From NCBI GenBank assembly GCA_963675525.2, contig CAXXSL010000008.1, positions 96,001 through 160,000 on the forward strand: 64,000 nucleotides of DNA. Direction: 5' to 3'. Position numbers and translations under genes: made by a program. The notes under the pieces were generated by a model. It ran no database searches and had not been told where the DNA came from. It was given only the letters and a program-made list of their open reading frames with translations. Source of the DNA: Anaerohalosphaeraceae bacterium (GTDB lineage Bacteria > Planctomycetota > Phycisphaerae > Sedimentisphaerales > Anaerohalosphaeraceae). Shown one piece after another: positions 1 to 8,469 of the stretch (positions are counted from its first letter, which is position 1; every line of letters begins with the position of its first letter).

Positions 1-3000
1 CCCAATTGGTCATGGGTAATCGATGGGTTGTACATGATTTCGTTGATCACGACACCTTCAACAAGAGGGTCTGAGTTGGCGGTTTCGAAAGTCATATTTT
101 GCATAGCAACAAAATCAACATCATAATTGGCCGCGGCGCTCTTGACATGTCTTCCGAAAGAAACATCCCATTGGGCCGCTCCGAATTCCTCCCAAACACT
201 GTAGCCCCCGGAGAGATTTCCACCGGAACCGCTGGAAAGATAAATCTCCTCACCCAATTCACTTAAGCCGAATCCAATAAGCCTGCCCGGGTCGGATGCC
301 GAGGCACCAAAGTTGTCATCCTGTGTAAAGACCTTATAGCCGCCGGACGGGATCGACTGACCGGCGGCAATCTGGTACTTTTTAAGGTTGCCGCAATCGT
401 CGCTGAGGAACCAGCCTCCAATATCGACTGCCGAACCGGTCGTGTTATGAAGCTCGATCCAGTCATTCGGATAGCCGTCGGAATGCGTCAGAATTTCATT
501 GATCACAATTGCACCATTGGCGGCAATATTGGCAGGATTCGCCGAACCCGGACTTCCGTTGACCACACTGCTTGCCTGCCAGGCTTCCTTTTCGTCCCAA
601 CTGGCCGGGTCTGGGTCAGAAGGATTGATGATATTCAATGAAAAACCTGCCCCGTCAGTAATCGGATACCAATTGTCATTGTAATCGAAATCAAGGATCT
701 CGGCTCCGGAGGCATCTTTGAGGACAATTTCCTCCCCTCCGTTATTTAAGGCTCCGGTAAACTGGCCGGCAATCGTCATGCCCGTACCATACAACGCTTC
801 GAACATAGCCTGATTGCGAACAACCACCGCATATTGACCGGCTCCGAGCGATAAATCCGGAAACGTAAAATCGATCCCGTCCGTAAATTTCACCCATGCA
901 AGATTAATGCCGGCCGCACCGATATTCCGGACCTCGATAAATTCATGATTCGGATCGGCCGGATGATACATGATCTCGGTGATCCGCAAGCTCGGAGCAA
1001 CGTTGTTCATCGAGAAGATCGCTTCGTTCAGAGCTGTCCAGTTGGAACTGTCCTTGATACGTGCCTTGATCCGCCTGGAGGCATTAAGCGTGATGGGGCT
1101 TGAGTACGTAAGAGCTGTTGGCGAGACTCCGCCGCCTGCGATCAGGCCTCCACCGCCCGAACCTGCTGCACCTATTTCAAGTTCAAACGAGATCAGGAAG
1201 TCAGAGCTTGTAAGACCGTAGTTCAGGCCGTGAATCGCAATCATATTGCCGCTGCCTGAGTTTAGCACGCTTTTGTAACCGCTGATGTCAATTTCGGTAA
1301 GCCCTGTGCTATCGGGGGGGTAATTGGTTGCGCCGGCATCCCAGGCGGGTGTGCCGGCGGGCACATTATCGCTGCGGTATACCTCGGTTCCATTGATGTA
1401 TGCCACGAAGGCATCATCGAATCGTATCCATAATTTCATGTATTCCATATCCGCCAGGTCGCCGGCATCTACGGTAAACACTGCTCTGATGTAACATGAC
1501 TGTTGTACGCCATACATCAGACCTTCAACATCATAGCTTATATGCGGGTCGTATTCATTACCTGAAGATCTTTCATAACCGACGCCGCTGCTTACACTGG
1601 TCCATCCGGAATCGTCAAACGATCCGCCGCCCTTCCAGTTGTCCGATAGTTGAACGGTTGGGACAAGTGCTTTTTTCGATGTGCTTTCCGTAAGAAGCAT
1701 GGTTGTAAATGGAGCCACACCTCCGCCGGTGTCCCAGTGTGTCCATTCTCTTGGATCGGTTCCATCGGTTGTGTAGTAAATCGTTCCGGACGATCCGGTC
1801 ATTGTCAGGCTTGAACCGGGACTTACATTTCCGCCTGTGTTCATTGGAACACTATTCACGAATAATGTTGGTGGAGCCGCAATGTTTCTGTCTTTAAGCC
1901 AGAGAGCATCGAGATGTCCCAGTCGATCAGAATGGGTAGCCAGATACCATTCACCTGCGGCGGGTGTTCCCTGGCCATTAAACCAGTTCTTGAGCCATTC
2001 AGTTTCCATCTTGTACGTATGCGGCAGATTCCCCTGCTCTGGCCGAGATGAGTTATAGCCGTGATAATAGTTACACCATTCATATTGATTGAGAATATTC
2101 CATTTCGCAAAGTTCCTGTCTGCCGGTGTGCTGCCGGTATTGATCAGCGGCCCGTCAGAATCAAGCAGGTCATAATAGTAATCGATGTCTGCGGTAATCT
2201 GTGCATCGGACAACTTGTCTTCGCGATGCTCGAACCATTTGTCTGCGGTTTTAAGTTTGTAATCGTTGTCAGCCAATAATCGCCTGTGCCATCCATAAGC
2301 AGCCCTGTTATAATTGAACCACCCTTCGGATGTATCTGCTCTTGCGAAGTATTCGGGATACCACCAGCCGTCATTGGTTGCATTACCCGAGCTGAAGTTA
2401 TAATCCCACTGCGGACCGAACAGAATTCCACCGTTTTTTTCCTTGTACAGATATGTGCTGTAATTAAAGTTGTCTGCCTCTTTAAACAATTCAGCGATAA
2501 GATCATATTCAATAAATGATTCAACATCGATATACTTTGCATAGCCGTTTACAGGATCGTTAAAGCTGCCGCTATTCAAAATCGTTTCATACATATTGAA
2601 ATGGTTCAGAATCCAGCTTTTTTGTGTGGCGGTAAGGGTATATTGATCCGGATCGAAATACTGGAAACCCTCGCCCTCTCCATTGGTGACCATGTTCGCG
2701 GATGTATTAAATTCTTCATATATCTTGGGGTCATTGTAGTCTTTGTCGATTCTTAAGATATATCCACCGGTGATCTCCGGCTCTGTATTATCCGAGGACT
2801 CAAGGTTTCCGATGTCAAGACGGCTATCCGATACTTTGATCTTTTCGGTCAGGACATAGACACCCCGATAGTCCGAATAAGAGCAGTTGCCGCCGTCTTC
2901 GTTAACGAATATTTCAACGAATTTTGTTCCCGGAGCCGCAAAGCCCTGTCCGATGTCATTGGCCCATTTATAAGCCAGTACATTGCGAATCAGGGCTTTG

Positions 3001-4265
3001 TCGCCGTACGGATTGTTCAATATCCAGTCGGATTCGGAAGGCATAGCTAACAGGGAGGCCTTTGTATCCCTGTTATATTCATCCCACAATTCCAGGCCAT
3101 AGTGTTTTTTGGGCCAAACATCCGAACTTTCACCGCGTCGTTTGATTCCGGCCCTGCCGGCGTGGTCCGGAATATCCTGTATACTTGCGATCCCCGTATC
3201 CTTGTCCGTGTCGATGAATACGGATGATGTCATTCGAAGGGTTCTGTCAATAACGGTACTATAGCTGTCAATCACGATAATGGGCAGATTCGATGTAAAG
3301 CCCTGCGCATCGGCAGCCAGCGGAATATAGTAATGGCTCGTGATGGGTCCGGGGGCCAGCGATGCATCATAAGCCCTGGCCCGGATTCGTCGGGCTTGAG
3401 CGTTATTGATCGTGATCGGCCCGGAATATAAAATAGAGGATTGCGTAGGGATTGTGCCGTCAGTGGTATACCGTATCTGTGCCGTTGCAGAGAGCGCTGA
3501 CAGGGTCAGGGCAAAACTGCTTGTAAATGTTCCGCTCAGTCTTGAAAAATAGACCTCACCCGCCATCCCCACATTATTGGTCTGCTCTGGCGAGGGCAAA
3601 TCCATGGTATACCAGTCCTGGGACGCATCCGGATACTGTCCATAAGAGATGTCTGTTGACTGACCGGAAAAACTTATCGTATCGACAATGGTTTCTCCAT
3701 CATAAGCTAAAAGCGTTATCTCGTCGGCGTCTTTATCCAGCTTTAAGGTAGTATGGTAGTCACCCTGCTCATCGTCATCATCGGCCCAGAACAGAACATA
3801 GGCGCCCGGTTGAATTGAAATACCTGTCGGAATCTGCCAGAGGTTATTATCATCCTGGAGGTACATGCCTGTCAGCGTGATCGCATCGTTACCGTAGTTA
3901 TAGATCTCGATCCAGTCCGGGTACTCGCCCGGTTCATCCGGGTCTTCCAGCGTGCTGTCATTAGACGCCATCAATTCATTGATAACCAGTGTAATTTCAC
4001 CGCGCTGCTGCCAGTTTTGGGCTACCAGAGCAAAATCTTCGAGTCTGACACCGTCATCCCCTTCAAGATCCGCACATCCCGGGGCGCCAAAGCAATCAGG
4101 ATCCAGCATCCATTGCTGCGCAAATAATACGAGATCGTCAAGATCAACAATGAAGTTATTGTCCAGGTCCCCAACCGGAAAAGCGGCTAAAGCCGGAACA
4201 CCCACCAACAACACACAAAGGGTTACGACGCTGCGACACTTTATTTTCCCGCTTGACACTTTCAT
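1..4265 (-). CDS. Secreted CotH-kinase-family protein with N-terminal dockerin-like repeats, lamin-tail domains and Fn3-associated/chitobiase-like domain (3' end lies outside the window)
   Basis: Absent from the ORF track, consistent with no stop codon in the window. Manual translation from ATG 4265: MKVSSGKIKCRSVVTLCVLLVGVPALAAFPVGDLDNNFIVDLDDLVLFAQQW...; LTD motifs LVINELMASN...PDWIEIYN and, at the window edge in the same frame, GVVINEIMYNP; CotH-like motifs GIKRRGESSDVWPKKHYGLELWD, FNDPVNGYAKYIDV, STYLYK...GPQWDY. Confidence 0.85.
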   Translation of the reverse strand, partial: MKVSSGKIKCRSVVTLCVLLVGVPALAAFPVGDLDNNFIVDLDDLVLFAQQWMLDPDCFGAPGCADLEGDDGVRLEDFALVAQNWQQRGEITLVINELMASNDSTLEDPDEPGEYPDWIEIYNYGNDAITLTGMYLQDDNNLWQIPTGISIQPGAYVLFWADDDDEQGDYHTTLKLDKDADEITLLAYDGETIVDTISFSGQSTDISYGQYPDASQDWYTMDLPSPEQTNNVGMAGEVYFSRLSGTFTSSFALTLSALSATAQIRYTTDGTIPTQSSILYSGPITINNAQARRIRARAYDASLAPGPITSHYYIPLAADAQGFTSNLPIIVIDSYSTVIDRTLRMTSSVFIDTDKDTGIASIQDIPDHAGRAGIKRRGESSDVWPKKHYGLELWDEYNRDTKASLLAMPSESDWILNNPYGDKALIRNVLAYKWANDIGQGFAAPGTKFVEIFVNEDGGNCSYSDYRGVYVLTEKIKVSDSRLDIGNLESSDNTEPEITGGYILRIDKDYNDPKIYEEFNTSANMVTNGEGEGFQYFDPDQYTLTATQKSWILNHFNMYETILNSGSFNDPVNGYAKYIDVESFIEYDLIAELFKEADNFNYSTYLYKEKNGGILFGPQWDYNFSSGNATNDGWWYPEYFARADTSEGWFNYNRAAYGWHRRLLADNDYKLKTADKWFEHREDKLSDAQITADIDYYYDLLDSDGPLINTGSTPADRNFAKWNILNQYEWCNYYHGYNSSRPEQGNLPHTYKMETEWLKNWFNGQGTPAAGEWYLATHSDRLGHLDALWLKDRNIAAPPTLFVNSVPMNTGGNVSPGSSLTMTGSSGTIYYTTDGTDPREWTHWDTGGGVAPFTTMLLTESTSKKALVPTVQLSDNWKGGGSFDDSGWTSVSSGVGYERSSGNEYDPHISYDVEGLMYGVQQSCYIRAVFTVDAGDLADMEYMKLWIRFDDAFVAYINGTEVYRSDNVPAGTPAWDAGATNYPPDSTGLTEIDISGYKSVLNSGSGNMIAIHGLNYGLTSSDFLISFELEIGAAGSGGGGLIAGGGVSPTALTYSSPITLNASRRIKARIKDSSNWTALNEAIFSMNNVAPSLRITEIMYHPADPNHEFIEVRNIGAAGINLAWVKFTDGIDFTFPDLSLGAGQYAVVVRNQAMFEALYGTGMTIAGQFTGALNNGGEEIVLKDASGAEILDFDYNDNWYPITDGAGFSLNIINPSDPDPASWDEKEAWQASSVVNGSPGSANPANIAANGAIVINEILTHSDGYPNDWIELHNTTGSAVDIGGWFLSDDCGNLKKYQIAAGQSIPSGGYKVFTQDDNFGASASDPGRLIGFGLSELGEEIYLSSGSGGNLSGGYSVWEEFGAAQWDVSFGRHVKSAAANYDVDFVAMQNMTFETANSDPLVEGVVINEIMYNPSITHDQL

Positions 4266-4334
4266 TTTTTAATGTGATTCCCTCGTTTATCTAAACTAAT
4301 AGGGCAACTCCCAGGCACCAAGCCCTTTAATAAA

Positions 4335-7300
4335 CTACTGAATTAAGGAAACATCGTCTACATACATCGTGCCTGTTTGAACCATGGCTCCGCCAACCAT
4401 CTGGATCGTAACCTTTGCGCGAGAAGTAAGGGCCGGGCATGATAGACCGGTCTGGCTGAACTTCTGATACGTTCCAGTTGGAGTAAAGTTCCACCAGGCA
4501 GTCCCGCCTATCTCGGCGCCGGCAGCATTCAGCCATTTAATATTGGCCTGTGCAACTTCGCTGGTACCAAGAGCGCCCTTATACCAGAAACTGAAATCAA
4601 CCGTCGACGACGATGAAATTGAACCTGCTGCGGTAGTCTGCAAGAGTTCCCCCTTGGGTCCGTTGCCACCCGTCCAGTTAATGACATACTTCATTGAATA
4701 AGTCCCGCCATGTGGGGATTCAGCCACACGCTCCAGTGTCGTACCGGCTGCAAACGCGTTCTGTATCCAGCCGTCAGCGGCGACACCTGCCCCTGACTCG
4801 AAATCGCCGTTGGTGATCGGAGTTGCCGGCGTTCCTACAGAAATCGTTACCTGTGCGGAAGTCGTCGAGAGGCCATCATTATCGGTGACTTTGGCCGTCA
4901 GAATATAATTGCCTTCAGGAACAGTATTCCATGTATAGCTGTAAGGGGCAGTTGTGTCTTCGCCTAATTTCGTGGTTCCCTGGAAAAACTCGACTTTGGT
5001 GACCGTTCCATCCGTGTCGCTGGCCGTCGCTTGAATCGTGACCGTATCCCCGACATTGAAATTTGCGCCGTTGGTCGGGCTGGTGATACTGACCGAAGGA
5101 GGAATTAACACTGTTTGTACATAAATCGTTATCGCTGCGGAAGTCGTTAAGAGGCCATCATTGTCGGTGGCTTTGGCTGTCAGAATGTAATCGCCTTCAG
5201 GAACAGTATTCCATGTATAACTGTAAGGGGCGGTTGTGTCTTCGCCTAATTTCGTGGTTCCCTGGAAAAACTCGACTTTGGTGATTGTCCCGTCAGCGTC
5301 TGTCGCATTTGCCGCCATGGTAACATTACTTCCCGGGACAAAAGATGCGCCGTTGGCCGGGCTGGTGATGCTGACTGACGGAGGAATAGGCGTACTGCCG
5401 GAATTTCCCTCTTTGAGCCAGCTATAGATAAGTACGTACAGGTCATAGATATCGACGTCACCGTCTTCGACATGGTCAGCGTGTCCGCAGAAATCATTGG
5501 ACACATCGCAATTGGTATCCAGCCAGACGCCTGCCAGACGTGCCAAATCAAACATATTCACCCTGCCGCTGCCGTCGAAATCACTGGGTACAATCGGGGG
5601 ACAATCGCCCACAACAAAGCTTTGCTTATCATCCATTGTGTTGCGTTCGCCGACGCCAGGGACGTTGTATACATAATAGAAATAGATCGTCTCGCCTGCA
5701 ACAGCGCTGATCTGGAAAGGCGTGTTAGGCGATGTCGTGTAACCTGGGTATCCACCCGTAGGGACTCTTCCGTAATAAAGGATCAAGGTTGTGCTTCCTA
5801 TTCCAGGAGCCGAAGGAATAAACGTAATCGTCGGGTCGGGGGCAATTCCACTGACTTCCCATGAGAAATCACCATTGGACGGCTCACCCGTGCACAGACC
5901 TCCGACAAACACCTCGACATCGCTCGTATCCGACAGGATCCCCTCCGAAGCCTCGACCGCCGTAACGGTATATGGCCCGCCGGGATCTACGGCGACAAAG
6001 TAACCGTTCTCGTCGATCACACCACCATCCGAAACGGACCATTCAAGACCTGCTGGTATTGGAAATTCCAGACCGAACTGGTCAAAACCTTTCCCTGTAA
6101 ATTGCTTTATCTTCCCCTCTTCAACACTCGCTGTCGATGGGGATACACTGATCGAAGTCAATTCCGGAGTGCCCACATAAACCGTTACCGGTGAGGACGT
6201 ACGCGAGATATCATTACTGTCGGTTGCCTTGGCTCTGAAGGTGTAGGTTCCTTCGGAAACACTGTTGACGGTGTAACTGTAAGGACTTAACAGGTCTTCG
6301 CCTAATAAATTGAGCCCCTCAAGAAACTCGACTTTAGTGATTGTTCCGTCCGGGTCATTGGCATCAGCGATGATCGTAATATCGTCTCCCGGATCGTAAA
6401 ATGTGCCGTTGGCCGGGCTGGTGATGCTGACCGAAGGAGGAGTGTTGCCATTGCCGCCATCCGGAACCAGCGGGTCGCCGCCGCCGGTAAAATACACATC
6501 GTCAATTTCAATATCAGAAATCGGCCCGTTTACACCCAATATCTGGAAGAGTTGGGCAACCTCAAAAAGATCAACCTCTGAGGTAAAATCTGACATCGGT
6601 ATCTCGACCACATGCCATGCCCCGTCTCGAACAAATCCGTAAGGATCGCTGCCCGAGGTGAATGCGATCCATTTTTGACCCACCCCGTCCATGTTTCCGC
6701 TTTTCATGCCAACCTGGAATGTGACGGTAGAATTGGTCTTCAAAGCAAAACGCAGTTTGCTCTCCGGGTAGCTAAAAGCGGTCATGTTATATTTTACATT
6801 GGGCGTAAAGGCCGCACCAAACCAGTTCAAACCGCCTGCCGATTGAAGGCTGATGCTTTCGCTGCCCTCATACGGATCTTGTGTGATCGGGTTCATGGTG
6901 TATTCCCAGACAAAAAAGTTACCGTCAACACCCAGCGCAAATTCGCCGGCATCTTTGTGTGCCGCATCTTCGGTATAGACACCAAAATTACCATTGGCCG
7001 GTGTTACCCTTGCTACGCTTGGTTCCCAATAAATATTATCGAATGATATGGTCGTTGAAGCAGAAGCCGAGTCCGCAGCGAGCATGAACATTTGATGGAT
7101 GGTATTGAAATCAATGTTCGCAAATCTATTAAGCGGAACACTAACCGAATGCCATTCGCCATCACGGGCAAATCCGAACTCAGCCGTCTCGTCGCCCAAT
7201 GGAAGCCAGAATTCGCCGCCTCTGGAACTTTTAATGCCGACTTTCATCGCATTAGTCAAATATGACTGAATATCAAAGTGGAGGTACCCGTCAGAATAGT

Positions 7301-8408
7301 TTTTCATGTTGCGGAAGTTCGGAAGAAAAACGCCCATTCCAAACCAGGCACCGCCTCCAACATCGAATGTCCAGCACTCGGCTCCCTCAGAAGCCGTCGC
7401 ATGCGTCGCGGCATCGGTCATATTGTTCCATGGGTACACGGCTGCTTCATTTCCATAATAGAACTCCGGGTCTGTATCGTCTCCATAGACAAGTGCATTA
7501 CCCACCGGCGTTGTTTCGGTGAAAACTCCAAAGGTGTCATTCTCCTGGGCATCGGCGCCAAGGTAGATCTCCGTAAACCCATTGTCTTCAAGTTGAATGT
7601 AGTCCACATACATCTTTTCCGTCGACCCCGCCGTAGGAAGAGCTGTTATCCCGGCAGGGTCATAGATTCCCGTATACCCGGTGGGCCAACTGCCGATGGC
7701 AATGTTCAAGATGGGGAAAGCCGGCTGATGAAATTCACGATAATAATCCCCGGTGATATCGAATGTCCAGAATGGGGTACCGTCAAGGGAAACCGTTACG
7801 TCCGTCGGTGTCCATTCAATTCTATAGAGATGGTAATCGAGGTTAAGATCAACAGCAGCGTCGATCCATGCCGCATCAAACGCATACGTGTCAGGATCAA
7901 AGGTTGCGTCATCGACGGTATCATAATGTATCGCGGCGTTGATTTTCTTGTTCTGAAGGCCTTCCGTGATACCTGCCGCCGAGCCCATCTCGACGATGTC
8001 GATCTCACCGCACTCCGGCCAGGTAACGCCGGGGAAATTGTTACCCAGCAGCCAGAACGCCGGCCACAAGCCATTGGCAACATTGGGGAGTTTTATCCGG
8101 GCTTCAAGCGTGCCGTATTTGAAAGCAAATCGCCCTTGCGTCATCATGCGAGCAGAGGTGAATTGATTGTCGAAATAGTTTTCACGACGTGCTTCAAGGA
8201 CAAGACTGCCGCTCTCGATATACGAATTTTCTGACCGGGCGGTATTATATTCGAGTTGGCCGTTGCCATAACCATGCCCGCCGACATCATAGGTCCAAAC
8301 ATTTTTATCGATGTTGGGGCCATCAAATTCATCCGACCAAACAACCTCGCCAAATACCTGACATGAAAATACAAACGAAATGATCACTAATAGCAATGTT
8401 CTTTTCAT
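4335..8408 (-). CDS. Multimodular GH16 endo-beta-1,3-glucanase (GH16, two tandem CBM-like domains, Ig-like Big_7 repeats, CBM56-like segment, internal dockerin-like pair, C-terminal CBM-like domain)
   Basis: 1357 aa with signal peptide; WSDEFDG, GLWPAFWLLG, catalytic GEIDIVE; three PSVSITSP.NG...TKVEF...PYSY Ig-like repeats; DFDGSGRVNMFDL..LA..W motif. Confidence 0.9.
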   Translation of the reverse strand: MKRTLLLVIISFVFSCQVFGEVVWSDEFDGPNIDKNVWTYDVGGHGYGNGQLEYNTARSENSYIESGSLVLEARRENYFDNQFTSARMMTQGRFAFKYGTLEARIKLPNVANGLWPAFWLLGNNFPGVTWPECGEIDIVEMGSAAGITEGLQNKKINAAIHYDTVDDATFDPDTYAFDAAWIDAAVDLNLDYHLYRIEWTPTDVTVSLDGTPFWTFDITGDYYREFHQPAFPILNIAIGSWPTGYTGIYDPAGITALPTAGSTEKMYVDYIQLEDNGFTEIYLGADAQENDTFGVFTETTPVGNALVYGDDTDPEFYYGNEAAVYPWNNMTDAATHATASEGAECWTFDVGGGAWFGMGVFLPNFRNMKNYSDGYLHFDIQSYLTNAMKVGIKSSRGGEFWLPLGDETAEFGFARDGEWHSVSVPLNRFANIDFNTIHQMFMLAADSASASTTISFDNIYWEPSVARVTPANGNFGVYTEDAAHKDAGEFALGVDGNFFVWEYTMNPITQDPYEGSESISLQSAGGLNWFGAAFTPNVKYNMTAFSYPESKLRFALKTNSTVTFQVGMKSGNMDGVGQKWIAFTSGSDPYGFVRDGAWHVVEIPMSDFTSEVDLFEVAQLFQILGVNGPISDIEIDDVYFTGGGDPLVPDGGNGNTPPSVSITSPANGTFYDPGDDITIIADANDPDGTITKVEFLEGLNLLGEDLLSPYSYTVNSVSEGTYTFRAKATDSNDISRTSSPVTVYVGTPELTSISVSPSTASVEEGKIKQFTGKGFDQFGLEFPIPAGLEWSVSDGGVIDENGYFVAVDPGGPYTVTAVEASEGILSDTSDVEVFVGGLCTGEPSNGDFSWEVSGIAPDPTITFIPSAPGIGSTTLILYYGRVPTGGYPGYTTSPNTPFQISAVAGETIYFYYVYNVPGVGERNTMDDKQSFVVGDCPPIVPSDFDGSGRVNMFDLARLAGVWLDTNCDVSNDFCGHADHVEDGDVDIYDLYVLIYSWLKEGNSGSTPIPPSVSITSPANGASFVPGSNVTMAANATDADGTITKVEFFQGTTKLGEDTTAPYSYTWNTVPEGDYILTAKATDNDGLLTTSAAITIYVQTVLIPPSVSITSPTNGANFNVGDTVTIQATASDTDGTVTKVEFFQGTTKLGEDTTAPYSYTWNTVPEGNYILTAKVTDNDGLSTTSAQVTISVGTPATPITNGDFESGAGVAADGWIQNAFAAGTTLERVAESPHGGTYSMKYVINWTGGNGPKGELLQTTAAGSISSSSTVDFSFWYKGALGTSEVAQANIKWLNAAGAEIGGTAWWNFTPTGTYQKFSQTGLSCPALTSRAKVTIQMVGGAMVQTGTMYVDDVSLIQ
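4855..5385. repeat. Intragenic tandem duplication of an Ig-like domain, period 282 bp
   Basis: 4855-5103 and 5137-5385 share long identical tracts, e.g. gttgtgtcttcgcctaatttcgtggttccctggaaaaactcgactttggtga and gccttcaggaacagtattccatgtata. Confidence 0.9.
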
Positions 8409-8469
8409 CAGACTATCTTATCCTTTCTTTTAAATGTCGCTTTATCACATCTTTAGATTAGCGTTAGCT

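Noticed and set aside
263..4272. Many short ORFs in the track
   Set aside because: Alternative-frame or antisense pieces of the single long CotH/LTD gene
7278..8234. 318-aa plus-strand ORF
   Set aside because: Lies wholly antisense to the GH16 catalytic region with no recognisable motifs; shadow ORF
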